Assembly: GCA_035549015.1 (NCBI GenBank)
Contig: DASZRW010000111.1
Coordinates: 4,609-68,608 of the forward strand
From: Candidatus Kapaibacterium sp.
Lineage (GTDB): Bacteria; Bacteroidota; Ignavibacteria; OLB7
Direction: 5' to 3'
Length of the DNA stretch: 64,000 bases
Under the pieces are notes generated by a model that worked only from the letters and a program-made list of their open reading frames with translations, was not told where the DNA came from and did no database searches. Of this stretch, positions 36,264 through 46,531 are shown piece after piece. Both the position numbers and the translations under genes were made by a program. Position 1 is the stretch's first letter. Every line of letters starts with the position of its first letter.

Positions 36264-39179
36264 TCAGCGGTGCCGGCTCTTCTTCTTCTTTGGGCTCTCG
36301 GGAATCTTGTTCAGTTCGAACAGCACCATCGAATTCTTCTCGCTCTTCTTCAGCGCGCGGGCCATGTCCAGCAGGTCGGGATCGCTCCATGCAAGCACAA
36401 GGCGAACGGCCTTGGCGCGAATCGTGGGGGACGGGTTCGCGAGCAGCCCCGAGAGGAGCTGCGATCGACCGGTGGAGTCGTGCATGGTGAGCGCAAGCTG
36501 ATAGAGCAGGGTGAAGGAGAAGCCGCTCTGATTCTCCAGCATGGAATGGACGATTGCCCGGCTGACGTCCACGCTGTCCACCCCGCGATTCTGCAATGCC
36601 AGTTGCACCTGGTGCCGGACCACCTGGCTGCGATCGTTCATGGCGGACATGATCTCGTTCAGTTCCGTGGAGTCCGCAACCAGAACCATGGCGCGCGCGG
36701 CGTAACCGCGAACAAGCTCCACGGTGTCGCGCAGCGCCATCTTCAGGTACGGCTTTGCCGACGGCGCCTTGATCTTCAGCAGAGCCTGGCCCGCAGCGGC
36801 GCGCATCCTCCAGGTTGCCTTCGGGTCCACCAGCTTCCTGCCGATCACCTCGGCAGCGGTGGTGTCCCGTATCTCTCCAAGGGAGTAGAGGGCGCGGCCC
36901 ACCCGCTCCGGTGCACCCATCGCAACGGTGTCCATCAGCGGCTTCAACATCCGCTTGCCGATCCGCGGAAATATGACGTCGATCGCAAGGCGCTCGCGCG
37001 GCAGCTCCGTGTTCATCATGCCGAGCAGATAGGGGATCGATTCGTCGGCGCGCTCCACCAGGCGCCATCGCGCCGTATCCACCAGGTACTGGAACTTCTG
37101 CGGAGCGGCGGAGGCCTGGGTGAAGAGCGTGGGAATATCCTTCCCCAGTTCCGCACCGATCTCCTCCTTCGTCTTCTTCACCTCCGCCGGGCCGGTGCTC
37201 GGCGCATCCTGACTCTTCGGGCGGAGGTTCGCATCCAGTCCGGCGCCGTAGAAGCTGCCGTTCCAGAGGCTGTCGTTCCCTCCGCGGATCGATCCGTAGT
37301 AATCCTTCCCCTCGAGATCCAGGAAGATGCCGATCATCCCGTAGTCGTTGCGAAGGTCGCTGTAGCCCATCGTGTTGTTGACCCGTGCCAGATAGCCATC
37401 GGTGCCGCCGCCGTCAATGAACAGTGAGATGGCGTCCGCATTGCCCCCCCCCTGCGAGAGCGACTCCACGACATAGTTGTCGTCTCCCTTGGCATCGTAG
37501 AAGCCGCCGAAGCCCACATCGTGTCCGCATCCCTGCGACACGCCGTGCGATACGTAGTTGTCGTCGCCGGACGTGTCGATCAATGCGCCGAAGGCAAGGT
37601 GCACGCCGGCACCCTGCGCGTACTGATAGGCGCTGTAGGAGTCGTTGCCGCCGTAATCGACGATCGCCCCCAGACCGTACCAGTAGCCCGTTCCCTGGCC
37701 GAAGATGTCGGCAACGTATGTGTCGTTGCCGGAGCCCTCGGCGATATAGCCGATGCCGGCCGATGCCACCGGACGTGCGCCCAGCGCCGCTCCCTGGCAG
37801 AAGGTCTCGAAGTGATCGGCGTAGCGGAGAAAGTCGACGTAGGGGGAGGAGGCGATGTACTGATCGTTTCCTTCATGCTCGATGATGGCGCCGATGCCGC
37901 GGGTGTATCCGAAGCCCTGCGACTCGAAGTGGGCGAGATAGGTGTCGTTTCCCTGCGCATCGATCAGCAGCCCGATGCCGAACATGCCGGCCCCCTCCAC
38001 TGCGGTGCCGCCGGAATAGCGGTCGCTGCCGGCGCCGTCGTAGAGGATACCCGTTCCGAAGTAGCCGCAGCCCAGCGAGAAGTTCCCGGCGGTGTAGCTG
38101 TCGTCCCCCTTCATGTCGATTACCGTGGAGGCGCCGAACAGCGTGCCGCCGAACGCGAAGTCCTGGCCGATGTAGGTATCGTTGCCGTCGAAGTCCACGA
38201 TCAGCGTCACCTGCCGGTCCGCCGCATCCCGTTTCGTGTGCGGCTTCGGCTTGTAGATGTCGTTGCCGCCGACATCGATCACGCAGAAGAGATCGCCGGT
38301 GTAGATGTCATCTCCCGGCCCTCCCAGCGCCACCACGCCGAGCGGTGTCTGCCAGATCTGCGTCTTGATGGAATCCTTCAGCCGCGCGACCTCCGGCGCC
38401 ATGTTCTGCGCCAGATCGAACGCCACGGAGAAGAGCCCCACGCCCGGTTCCAGCAGTGCCTGATAGTCCAGCCCGTTGGCATCGTCGTTGAAGAACTGCT
38501 TGCTGCGCTTCAGGCCGTAGCGCTCGGACTCCTTCATCTCCAGCAGCGTCGCGTTCGCATCATCCTCCGATTGCAGGATCAGCGAATCGCAGTAGGCGAT
38601 CAGGCGTGTAAGCCGTTCCGCCTTGATCGATCCCTTCACGTTGGTAAGCGATGCATCGGTTGCCAGCGCGAGCATCAGGAACTTTCGAAGGAGGAAGGCG
38701 TCCGGGAGGCCGAGCTTCGAGATATCCACCTTGCTGTAGAGCTTGATCTCGTTGTCGCTCAGGGCGGGATGCTGCACCACGAAGGCGTTGTCGCCGAAGT
38801 CCAGGCGCTTGCCGAGGTGGTTGAAGAGCGCGCCGTAGTTCTTCCGGTTGGAGAGGGAGATCGATGCGAGCGAATCGGCAACGGAGAAGGTGGCGAGCGG
38901 ATCGCCGAAGAGTCGCTTGATCACCGAGAGCCGGTGGGGATCGGTGCCGGCCGCATCCCAGCGCATCGACATGTCCGCCCGGGTCATGGCCATCGAGGAG
39001 AGTGCCGAATCAACACCGCGCATCACGTAGCCGGGAAGATACTGGGCATGGAGCGAGGTGGCCGCGAGCGCAAGCACTGCGGCTGCAAGTGCGCTGACCA
39101 TCGGCCTGCTGGCGGGCAGGGAGGAGGAGATAGTTGTTGTCACTGACCTGTCGGCTACGTTGGTTGTTGGAGCTGGCAA
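36264..39179 (-). CDS. large secreted protein: about 13 GxDxY repeats (beta-helix-like) plus C-terminal HEAT-like repeats
   Basis: 971-aa ORF (alternative start ATG 39101, MVSALAAAVLALAATSLHAQ signal). Recurring GNDTY/GDDSY/GDDNY motifs every ~20-25 aa. The C-terminal ~300 aa are helical with HEAT-like periodicity, with a Lys-rich tail. Confidence 0.85.
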   Translation of the reverse strand: MPAPTTNVADRSVTTTISSSLPASRPMVSALAAAVLALAATSLHAQYLPGYVMRGVDSALSSMAMTRADMSMRWDAAGTDPHRLSVIKRLFGDPLATFSVADSLASISLSNRKNYGALFNHLGKRLDFGDNAFVVQHPALSDNEIKLYSKVDISKLGLPDAFLLRKFLMLALATDASLTNVKGSIKAERLTRLIAYCDSLILQSEDDANATLLEMKESERYGLKRSKQFFNDDANGLDYQALLEPGVGLFSVAFDLAQNMAPEVARLKDSIKTQIWQTPLGVVALGGPGDDIYTGDLFCVIDVGGNDIYKPKPHTKRDAADRQVTLIVDFDGNDTYIGQDFAFGGTLFGASTVIDMKGDDSYTAGNFSLGCGYFGTGILYDGAGSDRYSGGTAVEGAGMFGIGLLIDAQGNDTYLAHFESQGFGYTRGIGAIIEHEGNDQYIASSPYVDFLRYADHFETFCQGAALGARPVASAGIGYIAEGSGNDTYVADIFGQGTGYWYGLGAIVDYGGNDSYSAYQYAQGAGVHLAFGALIDTSGDDNYVSHGVSQGCGHDVGFGGFYDAKGDDNYVVESLSQGGGNADAISLFIDGGGTDGYLARVNNTMGYSDLRNDYGMIGIFLDLEGKDYYGSIRGGNDSLWNGSFYGAGLDANLRPKSQDAPSTGPAEVKKTKEEIGAELGKDIPTLFTQASAAPQKFQYLVDTARWRLVERADESIPYLLGMMNTELPRERLAIDVIFPRIGKRMLKPLMDTVAMGAPERVGRALYSLGEIRDTTAAEVIGRKLVDPKATWRMRAAAGQALLKIKAPSAKPYLKMALRDTVELVRGYAARAMVLVADSTELNEIMSAMNDRSQVVRHQVQLALQNRGVDSVDVSRAIVHSMLENQSGFSFTLLYQLALTMHDSTGRSQLLSGLLANPSPTIRAKAVRLVLAWSDPDLLDMARALKKSEKNSMVLFELNKIPESPKKKKSRHR

Positions 39180-39236
39180 ACATGGCGCCGCCGTTTGACG
39201 TGGGAACGGCGGCCTGTTCCGTCCGATGTTGTGCGA

Positions 39237-40103
39237 CTACAGATGGCGATGGAAGAAGCCTGCCGTGCGGGAGATCGCGTCCTCGAGAATCGGATTGGTT
39301 CCCTCGAACGGATGCACCGCACCGAACGTGTGGTTCGCCGTCGGTATCCTGACGAACTCCGTCAGTTCCGGCTGTGCGTGTGCGGCGATCTCTTCTCCAT
39401 CCTCGATGCGCACGGAGAGATCCTGTTCGCCGTGCAGTATCAGGAGCGGCCGCCCGAGTCGCTCCGCGGCGGCCGTGATGTTCAGTTGATCGGCATTCGT
39501 CTCCAGATCGGCGAGCAGGCCGGCGCCCAGCCGCATCATCTGGCCGGTGCGCATGTTCTTCGATTCGAAGAAACCATCCCGCCGCCATATGTCGATCTGG
39601 CGCTCCGTGAACCGATGGAAGCTTGCCACCGATGCCCACACCGCAACGGCCCGGACGCGCGGATCGTCCGCCGCCTCGAGAAGCGATATCCCGCCGCCGC
39701 GCGAATGTCCGATGATGCCGATCCTCTCCGAGGCGCGTACCGCCAGAGGAACCAGCCCGTTGCTCACGGCGGATACCGCATCGTACAGTTCCTCTACCTC
39801 GCGCGTGAACGTGTTCGCCTCGAACCGGTCCAGCCGCGTGAAGTCCTGGCGATGCCCCTCCACGCCGTTGTGCGTGAAGTTCATGGCGATGGTGTAGAAA
39901 CCGCGCCGCGCCAGCGATTCGCAGATGTAGGGGATGGAGCCCCAGTTCTTGAAGCCCTTGAAGCCGTGGACGAAGATGATAACAGGAAGCGCGTCTCCCT
40001 CGATCCCCGGGAAACGCGCGTCGCAATAGATGGTCTCGCCGCTGCTCGCCGGGATCATGAACCGGGCGTGTATCAGGCTGTCGGCGGTCAGGTTTTGATC
40101 CAT
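39237..40103 (-). CDS. alpha/beta hydrolase
   Basis: 288 aa. [10 protein letters not shown], nucleophile elbow GHSRGG, and late Asp/His candidates (ILHGEQD, TANHTF). Confidence 0.85.
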   Translation of the reverse strand: MDQNLTADSLIHARFMIPASSGETIYCDARFPGIEGDALPVIIFVHGFKGFKNWGSIPYICESLARRGFYTIAMNFTHNGVEGHRQDFTRLDRFEANTFTREVEELYDAVSAVSNGLVPLAVRASERIGIIGHSRGGGISLLEAADDPRVRAVAVWASVASFHRFTERQIDIWRRDGFFESKNMRTGQMMRLGAGLLADLETNADQLNITAAAERLGRPLLILHGEQDLSVRIEDGEEIAAHAQPELTEFVRIPTANHTFGAVHPFEGTNPILEDAISRTAGFFHRHL

Positions 40104-40248
40104 TGGCGAAAAACTACGGCGGCGGCGGCACGCCGCGCAACATATATACCAACGATGCAGGCCGTCTTCGACTTTGCGGATGGCCGATGGGTCGCAGAAG
40201 GTTTCGTAATTTCGGTGCCGTTCGCAGCAGCCGATCGGCGAATACGCC

Positions 40249-40308
40249 GTGCGCGCGTTCCGTCAACCGTGCGTGCGTTCCGTCAACCGTGCATGCGTTC
40301 CGTCAATC
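40249..40308. repeat. 20-bp tandem direct repeat x3 (GTGCRYGCGTTCCGTCAAYC)
   Basis: Units at 40249-40268, 40269-40288 and 40289-40308 differ at 1-3 positions. Located in the divergent hydrolase/kbl promoter region, 86 nt upstream of the kbl ATG. Confidence 0.9.
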
Positions 40309-40393
40309 GGCTCGCCGGCCGCGCCGGGCACAGGCCGGCGCGCAGAGCCGGACTCTCAATTTCCTTCTCCCTCAGACACTCGAGGCCGTAACC

Positions 40394-41614
40394 ATGTTCG
40401 ATACGTTCAGACCTGCACTCCAGAAGGAGCTGGCAGCCATCGAGGAAGCCGGGCTCTACAAGCGCGAGCGCGTGATCACTTCTCCGCAGGGCCCGGAGAT
40501 AACCGTGCAGGGGAGCGATGCCCCGGTGCTCAACTTCTGCGCCAACAATTATCTGGGCCTCTCCTCGCATCCGAAGGTGATCGCCGCCGCGCATGCCGCG
40601 CTGGACTCGCACGGCTACGGTATGAGCTCCGTGCGCTTCATCTGCGGGACGCAGGATCTGCACAAGAGCCTGGAGGCGAAGCTGGCGGCGTTTCACGGCA
40701 CGGAGGATACCATCCTCTATGCGGCCTGCTTCGATGCGAACGGCGGAGTGTTCGAGCCGCTGTTCGGCGAGAACGATGCCATCATCTCGGACTCGTTGAA
40801 TCATGCCTCGATCATCGACGGCGTGCGTCTCTGCAAGGCGAAGCGCTATCGCTATGCGAACGCGGACATGGCCGATCTCGAGGAGCAGCTGAAGCAGGCG
40901 GATGCCGACGGCGCGGTGCAGAAGATCATCGTCACGGACGGGGTGTTCTCGATGGACGGCGTGATCGCGCCGATCGACAGGGTGTGCGATCTCGCCGACA
41001 GGTACGGCGCGCTGGTGATGGTGGACGAATGCCACGCCGCCGGCTTCATGGGAAGAACGGGGCGCGGCTCGGTGGAGTATTGCAACGCCGTCGGCCGCGT
41101 GGACATCATCACCGGCACGCTTGGAAAGGCGCTGGGGGGGGCCATCGGCGGATACACCACGGGACGGAAGGAGATCATCGACATGCTGCGCCAGCGCTCG
41201 CGCCCGTATCTCTTCTCCAACACGCTGCCGCCGAGCGTGGTGGGGGCAAGCATCGCCGTGATCGACATGATCTCCGAGACCACCGCGCTGCGCGACCGGC
41301 TGGAGGAGAGCACCGCCTACTTCCGGGAGCAGATGACGGCGGCCGGCTTCGACATCAAGCCGGGCGAACATCCTATTGTGCCGATCATGCTCTACGATGC
41401 TCCGCTCGCGCAGAAGTTCGCGGAGCGCCTGCTGGAGGAAGGGATCTATGTGATCGGGTTCTTCTATCCGGTGGTGCCGAAGGGGCAGGCGCGCATCCGC
41501 GTGCAGATATCGGCCGCGCACGAGCGGGAGCATCTGGATCGCGCCATCGCGGCCTTCACCGCGGTTGGACGCGAGCTGGGAGTGCTGGATTCGTCAGTGG
41601 TGGTTCGTACGTAG
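40394..41614 (+). CDS. kbl: glycine C-acetyltransferase (2-amino-3-ketobutyrate CoA ligase)
   Basis: Trimmed to ATG 40394. 406 aa. [34 protein letters not shown], and GTLGKALGG containing the PLP lysine. Confidence 0.93.
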   Translation: MFDTFRPALQKELAAIEEAGLYKRERVITSPQGPEITVQGSDAPVLNFCANNYLGLSSHPKVIAAAHAALDSHGYGMSSVRFICGTQDLHKSLEAKLAAFHGTEDTILYAACFDANGGVFEPLFGENDAIISDSLNHASIIDGVRLCKAKRYRYANADMADLEEQLKQADADGAVQKIIVTDGVFSMDGVIAPIDRVCDLADRYGALVMVDECHAAGFMGRTGRGSVEYCNAVGRVDIITGTLGKALGGAIGGYTTGRKEIIDMLRQRSRPYLFSNTLPPSVVGASIAVIDMISETTALRDRLEESTAYFREQMTAAGFDIKPGEHPIVPIMLYDAPLAQKFAERLLEEGIYVIGFFYPVVPKGQARIRVQISAAHEREHLDRAIAAFTAVGRELGVLDSSVVVRT

Positions 41615-42280
41615 TGGACTGAATGTGCGATGTCGCCGGGAGTGGGCGGAGCGTTCGGCTCTGCCGGAGACGGCCCCGCACCGCGATGCTCCCCATCCGC
41701 GTCCGGTGCATCCGCCGGCGATCGGTACATGCGTTTCCGCCGGTACGGACCACTGGGTCAGGTGTTCGGGCTTCGGTCCTGGTTCTGCGCAATCCGGTGG
41801 CTCCGGCACATCCATTGCCAGGACCGAAGCCCCATAATCCCTCCACGGTCGGCCGGCGTCGCGTACACCGGCCGCTTCGGTCTGAACATGCTGGCAGGGC
41901 GGGTTCATTCATTCCCGATCAACGTACGTGCCACGAACAGCCAACCACGCGCTACTATTGCCCTGTAAGCTGATCGAAGCGCTCAGGCGGATGTTCCCCA
42001 CATCGATGATCATGGTGGCTGCGCGGGGCGCTCTCCTACTGGCTTCCGGCGGGGCACCCATCGGTAGCTCGTGTCCGGGGACTGATTGATGAGCTCCCGC
42101 GCTATCGCACCGGTCCGCCGATGTGATGCGGCGGTGCCGGAAGGAGCGGGCCGCTCCCACATTGAAGCTTCCGAACGCGGAGAGTGGTGGTGCTACCAAG
42201 GGGGTACTTCCTCCGGAGGCCTTCATCGGATGCTCGCCGGTGGAATCGTACGAATAAGGTTACCTGCCAATAACCGCAAC

Positions 42281-45200
42281 CTACCCCGTGACAAGCACCG
42301 GCAGTACGCTCTGCACCGTTGCCGTTCTCAGGCGCACGTAATACATGCCGGCCGGAAGCCCGGCGAGAGCCACCACCACTTCCTGATCCTGACCGGTGCC
42401 CGCGGGCAATGTTTCTGAGCGGACAGTTATGCCGGTGACGTTGATGATCTCCATCGTGGGATAGGAACCGGGGGCGGCATGATAGCGAATGGTGATTCTG
42501 TCGCGTGCCGGCATCGGGTAGATGAGCTTCGCCGCCACTGGCCTGCTGAACGACACCGGATGAGCGATCTCGCAGCCGCTGAGCGCAACGAGGCCGTCCC
42601 GCAGTTCCCCGATCGCCGTGGTTCCGTTGTTCGGCATGGCGACCTGCAGAAGCCCGACAGTGTTCTTCGGCCTGCCGGTAACGAGCCCCTCCATCTCCAG
42701 TGCGATCAGGGGATTGCCCGCCATCGGCGCCGATGCGTGGCGCACGATGAAGATGGTGTCGTTATCCTTCGAGAAGCCGATGGAATCCGTTGCACCGGCT
42801 GCCGGTATCACGCGATACAGGAACAGCGCGTCCGGATCAACATGGATCTTCACGTTCAGATCGGTGGCCGCCGCGGACTGTGTGAGCGGCGGATAGGCGT
42901 TCACACCCAGCGTGAACTTCTGGTTCACATTCACACTGGCGGAGTCGATCGTGATCACCTCGGCCGCCGGGGGGCGCAGTATGCCGTTGCCGCCGAGCGT
43001 TGCGACCGCGGTAAGGCCGTTGGTGAAGCGGGCGGTCATGCCAACGCTGTATGTCCGTACCGCATCGGGAGCGAAACGGACGGAGCATGCAATCGAGTCG
43101 TGCGGGGCGAGCGCATTCTGCTTCGGCGTTACCTGGAAGGCGGCGGAGTCCGGGCCGGCAAGCTCTATCCGCTCAAGCGTCATCCCACGGACACCGGCGT
43201 TTGCGATCCGGAAGAAATTGTCCAGCTGCGCGACATCTCCCGCGGCGACATCCGGCACCTGCACGGCAGCCGGCACGATCACCGGGCCCGGCGTGCCTGC
43301 GCCCGCGAGAGGAATATCCAGCGTGCGGCGATTCCCATCGGTGAAGGCCACATGCAGACTGTTGCGAACATCTCCGGCGGCGCCCGGTGCGAATCGTACC
43401 GAGAGGCTCAGCGTGTCGGGGGCGCCTGCGTGCAGCGTCGCAGTGCCGGAGGGTCTGTTCAGCAACTGGAAGTCCTGCACCGACGCGTCCATGAAGCCGA
43501 GGGAGTCCGCGTTGATCTGCGCGTCCAGATCGCCCCGGTTCACCAGGCGAATCGTCACCGTGTCCGCAAGCGCAACGATCACCGTGTCGAACCCGACGGG
43601 GGCGCCTGCAATCGAGACGATGCTGGCGCCATGCCTGCCGGTGCTGTCCGCGCGGCCGCGGAGTGCGAGCGTGTCGCGCGATCCGTTAGCAGCGTGCACG
43701 ACGATCGTATCGAACAGGTCGCCGGAGGAACCGGTGGGCGGCGTGAAGATGACGGCGAGCGGGTAGCCGCCGCTGTTGGCAGGGATCGGGATGGAACCGG
43801 TCGGTGGCTGCACGATGCCGAACGCCGGCGTCGCCGGCCCCGAGACGGATGTTACCAGCAGCGTACGGCAGGACCGATTGTTGATGATTGCCGTATCGGG
43901 CACCGCGGAGGTATCCCCCGGTGCAACGTTGGGAAAGGTGAGCAGCGAGACGGCAAACGTCGGCCGCAGCGGCGGGCCTACGTGAGCGGTGAGGGTTGCC
44001 GTTGTCGGCGAGCCCTGGCCTCCCTCCACATCCACTCTGAACTCGCCGCCGACGTCGGGAGGGTTGGGATTCTTCGGAGCGAAGCGGAGTGAGTCCGTGT
44101 AGGTTGTCCCCGCATCGATCACGGTTCCGGCGCGCGGACCGAATCCCTCGAACGCCGGGGGAAGGCGGTATTCCTTCAGCGTCACGGCCCGCGTTCCGTT
44201 GTTCGAAATGTGGAACACGATCGCGGTGGAGGTATCCCCGAGAGGCACGCAGCCGAAGTCGTACTGGGAGCGGTCCAGCACGACTCGCGGATCCGGTTGC
44301 GGGAGTTCGAAGCCTCTGCCGGTCACGCTCACGCTCTTCTGTTCGGCCCTGGGCTGCCTGTTCTGATCGATGTAATGGCCGTTCGCCAGAAGGATCGCGT
44401 TGTAGGTGCGCACTGCTCCCGGAGAGAAGCTCACGTCGTACCGGAACGTCGCCCCCGGTGGAAGCGATCCGGATGGCCCCTCCACCGCGAAGGCGGCGGA
44501 ATCCGTTCCGCCGATCGTCACGCTGTCGATCTCCAGCGGAACGTTCCCGTCGTTGCGCAGCTGCCATGCGGAATCCTGCTCGCCGGTGGTTCCCACTTCA
44601 ACGCTGTCGCCGATCGTGACCGCATTGGGAAGGCCCGTTGCCGCGGCAAGCAGTCCCACGCCTCCGATGCCGGGGGACATCACCGGCGGCCGGTTCCCGT
44701 CCACGTGGCGCAGCCGGAAGGCGGTCATCAGCGGGCCCGGGCGGTTCGGCGTGAACCGTACGTTCACAACGAACGTGTCCGCATGGTCCGCGTGAAGGAT
44801 GCGTCCCGGAATGGCGGCCGGCGTCACCGTGAACTGATCGGCGTCCGGTCCGTCGAGTATGATCTGCTGCGGCGCGAGGGAGTCATCGGCATCGCCGACA
44901 TTGTAGAGGAGGATTGTCTGCGGAGCGCTCACGTGCCCGACGAACGTGGAGTCCATCCGAACCCGCACGCTCGGCTCGATCACCAGCGAGGGCTGCCCGG
45001 CCTGTACCTGGCGGCCGATGAGCGCGATCTGCGTCCGCTGCGGACCCATCCCGATCGTGAGCGTATCGGAATGAACGCCGTCGGCCCGCGGAGCAAATCG
45101 AACGCAGATCTGAACGCTGTCGCGTCCCGGGATTGCGAACGGAAGCGGCGGTGCGCTCGAGATGGAGTAGTCCTGGCCCGGGATCGAAAGCTGCGTGACC

Positions 45201-45763
45201 GGTTCCTCCCGGCAGGAGGGGTTGTGCAGCCAGATGCATTCGGTGGACGACTCGCCGGCATGAACATCGGGGAGGAAGGGGAGGATGCGGCCATCGACGT
45301 CCACGGACGGAGGAACGGAGGCTACGCCGCGAACGAACATCGTCAGCTCGCTGCCGCCATGTCCGAAGTGAATCTTGAACGATGCGGTGTAGACTCCCGG
45401 TACATGCGGAGAGAAGCGGATGGTATCGGTAACCGTCTTGCGGTCCGGAATCGAATCCTGGGGAGGCCGGGGCGAGAAGCTGAAGGGATCGGCCAGGCGT
45501 CCCGGGCGGTATTCCTCGACGAAGACCGTGTGCCCGGTCACATTCGTGATGGTAAACGGGGCGGAGACGGTTTCCCCCACAACCACGCAGTTGAACCGGA
45601 GCGTATCCGGCGTGAGTGTGGGATCGTTCGGGCCGCCTCCGTGCGGATCGAGCTGCGCATGCGCGGCCATGGACCAGAGGCCCAGGAGGAGCGCAGGGAT
45701 CAGCCGTCGAAGTGTACCGAAGGGGAGCATAGGCCGGCAGCCGGATTGAGAAATACGGACCAC
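42281..45763 (-). CDS. very large secreted Ig-like-repeat protein (choice-of-anchor-D-like) with T9SS C-terminal sorting domain
   Basis: 1160 aa. Signal peptide ...LLLGLWSMAAHAQ (alternative start 45730). Repeated F[GN]CV..G[DE]T....F.I.N.G modules. C-terminus YPMPARDRITIRYH...GMYYVRLRTATVQSVLPVLV resembles a T9SS CTD. Confidence 0.88.
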   Translation of the reverse strand: MVRISQSGCRPMLPFGTLRRLIPALLLGLWSMAAHAQLDPHGGGPNDPTLTPDTLRFNCVVVGETVSAPFTITNVTGHTVFVEEYRPGRLADPFSFSPRPPQDSIPDRKTVTDTIRFSPHVPGVYTASFKIHFGHGGSELTMFVRGVASVPPSVDVDGRILPFLPDVHAGESSTECIWLHNPSCREEPVTQLSIPGQDYSISSAPPLPFAIPGRDSVQICVRFAPRADGVHSDTLTIGMGPQRTQIALIGRQVQAGQPSLVIEPSVRVRMDSTFVGHVSAPQTILLYNVGDADDSLAPQQIILDGPDADQFTVTPAAIPGRILHADHADTFVVNVRFTPNRPGPLMTAFRLRHVDGNRPPVMSPGIGGVGLLAAATGLPNAVTIGDSVEVGTTGEQDSAWQLRNDGNVPLEIDSVTIGGTDSAAFAVEGPSGSLPPGATFRYDVSFSPGAVRTYNAILLANGHYIDQNRQPRAEQKSVSVTGRGFELPQPDPRVVLDRSQYDFGCVPLGDTSTAIVFHISNNGTRAVTLKEYRLPPAFEGFGPRAGTVIDAGTTYTDSLRFAPKNPNPPDVGGEFRVDVEGGQGSPTTATLTAHVGPPLRPTFAVSLLTFPNVAPGDTSAVPDTAIINNRSCRTLLVTSVSGPATPAFGIVQPPTGSIPIPANSGGYPLAVIFTPPTGSSGDLFDTIVVHAANGSRDTLALRGRADSTGRHGASIVSIAGAPVGFDTVIVALADTVTIRLVNRGDLDAQINADSLGFMDASVQDFQLLNRPSGTATLHAGAPDTLSLSVRFAPGAAGDVRNSLHVAFTDGNRRTLDIPLAGAGTPGPVIVPAAVQVPDVAAGDVAQLDNFFRIANAGVRGMTLERIELAGPDSAAFQVTPKQNALAPHDSIACSVRFAPDAVRTYSVGMTARFTNGLTAVATLGGNGILRPPAAEVITIDSASVNVNQKFTLGVNAYPPLTQSAAATDLNVKIHVDPDALFLYRVIPAAGATDSIGFSKDNDTIFIVRHASAPMAGNPLIALEMEGLVTGRPKNTVGLLQVAMPNNGTTAIGELRDGLVALSGCEIAHPVSFSRPVAAKLIYPMPARDRITIRYHAAPGSYPTMEIINVTGITVRSETLPAGTGQDQEVVVALAGLPAGMYYVRLRTATVQSVLPVLVTG

Positions 45764-45910
45764 TACGATATGGAGAAGATCCGGTGAGGCCGTGCAAGGT
45801 AACGCCCGTGGCAGAAAAAAAATATTGGACGCCGCGTTACCTTCGAGACATGGCCGGGATCATCTCTCTAAACGGGCAGGGAATCATCCCGACCGGGGCA
45901 CATTGGAAGC

Positions 45911-46531
45911 ATGACACGAGTAGAAACCAAAGGGCGGGTGGTGAACGAATCGGAGACCTTCACACGGTTTCTGGAGGGAGATGATGCCGCCTTCATGGAA
46001 TTGTTCGACCGGTACGATCGGCGCCTCCGGATGTACTGCCTGAAGATCGTGAGCAACCAGGAGGTTGCCGAGGATCTGGTGCAGGAGTTGTGGGAACGGG
46101 TGATCAAGATGCGGAACAATCCCACCGAGGTGCTGGAGCCCGCCCGTTATCTGCTTCGCATGGCGCGCAATCTCTGCCTGAAGTATATCGGCCGCGAGCG
46201 TCGCCATACGTCGCTGGATGACCTGTACGAATCGGATCACCCCACGGAGTCGGCTCACGAGCCTTCTCATCTCGAGGAGCTGGTGAAGCTCGCGCTGGAG
46301 CAGCTCCCGTTCGAGCAGCGTGAAGTGTTGACGCTGCACAACTACTGCGGCTATGGTTATGAGGATATCGCCGCGATTCGGGGTGAGACGCTGGGATCGG
46401 TGAAGATGAGGGCGATGCGGGCGCGGGCGCGAATCGGCCGCATCATTGCCGCCTTCCTCGCGTTGGGAAGTGAAGGTGAAGAACGTCCGAATCCGGATGC
46501 TGAAATGTTTATCGGAGGAAGCAATCAATGA
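45911..46531 (+). CDS. ECF-type RNA polymerase sigma-70 family factor
   Basis: 206 aa. Region 2 (FMELFDRYDRRLRMYCLKIV...AEDLVQELWERV) and region 4 (LEQLPFEQREVLTLHNYCGYGYEDIAAIRGETLGSVKMRAMRARARI). Confidence 0.9.
   Translation: MTRVETKGRVVNESETFTRFLEGDDAAFMELFDRYDRRLRMYCLKIVSNQEVAEDLVQELWERVIKMRNNPTEVLEPARYLLRMARNLCLKYIGRERRHTSLDDLYESDHPTESAHEPSHLEELVKLALEQLPFEQREVLTLHNYCGYGYEDIAAIRGETLGSVKMRAMRARARIGRIIAAFLALGSEGEERPNPDAEMFIGGSNQ

Noticed and set aside
40103-40393. N-terminal extensions offered by the longest-ORF track for kbl (TTG 40103), holB (59794-60288), yqcC (33582-33980), the flavin reductase (49622-49834), the amidase (60056-60373) and the Cys-rich and lipoprotein ORFs.
   Set aside because: The extensions are Arg/Pro/Ala-rich and overlap divergent genes or promoter regions. 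Conserved N-termini or signal peptides begin at the internal ATGs I used.
42121-42162. SRP (4.5S) RNA domain IV: a GGAA tetraloop flanked by GGUGCC / GGAGCGG resembles the conserved AGGUCC-GGAA-GGAAGCAG.
   Set aside because: The symmetric-loop nucleotides differ from the near-invariant consensus as I recall it (no AGCA, and a G-A where a U-A pair is expected). The flanking helix is very irregular. It needs an Infernal scan and is not callable by eye.
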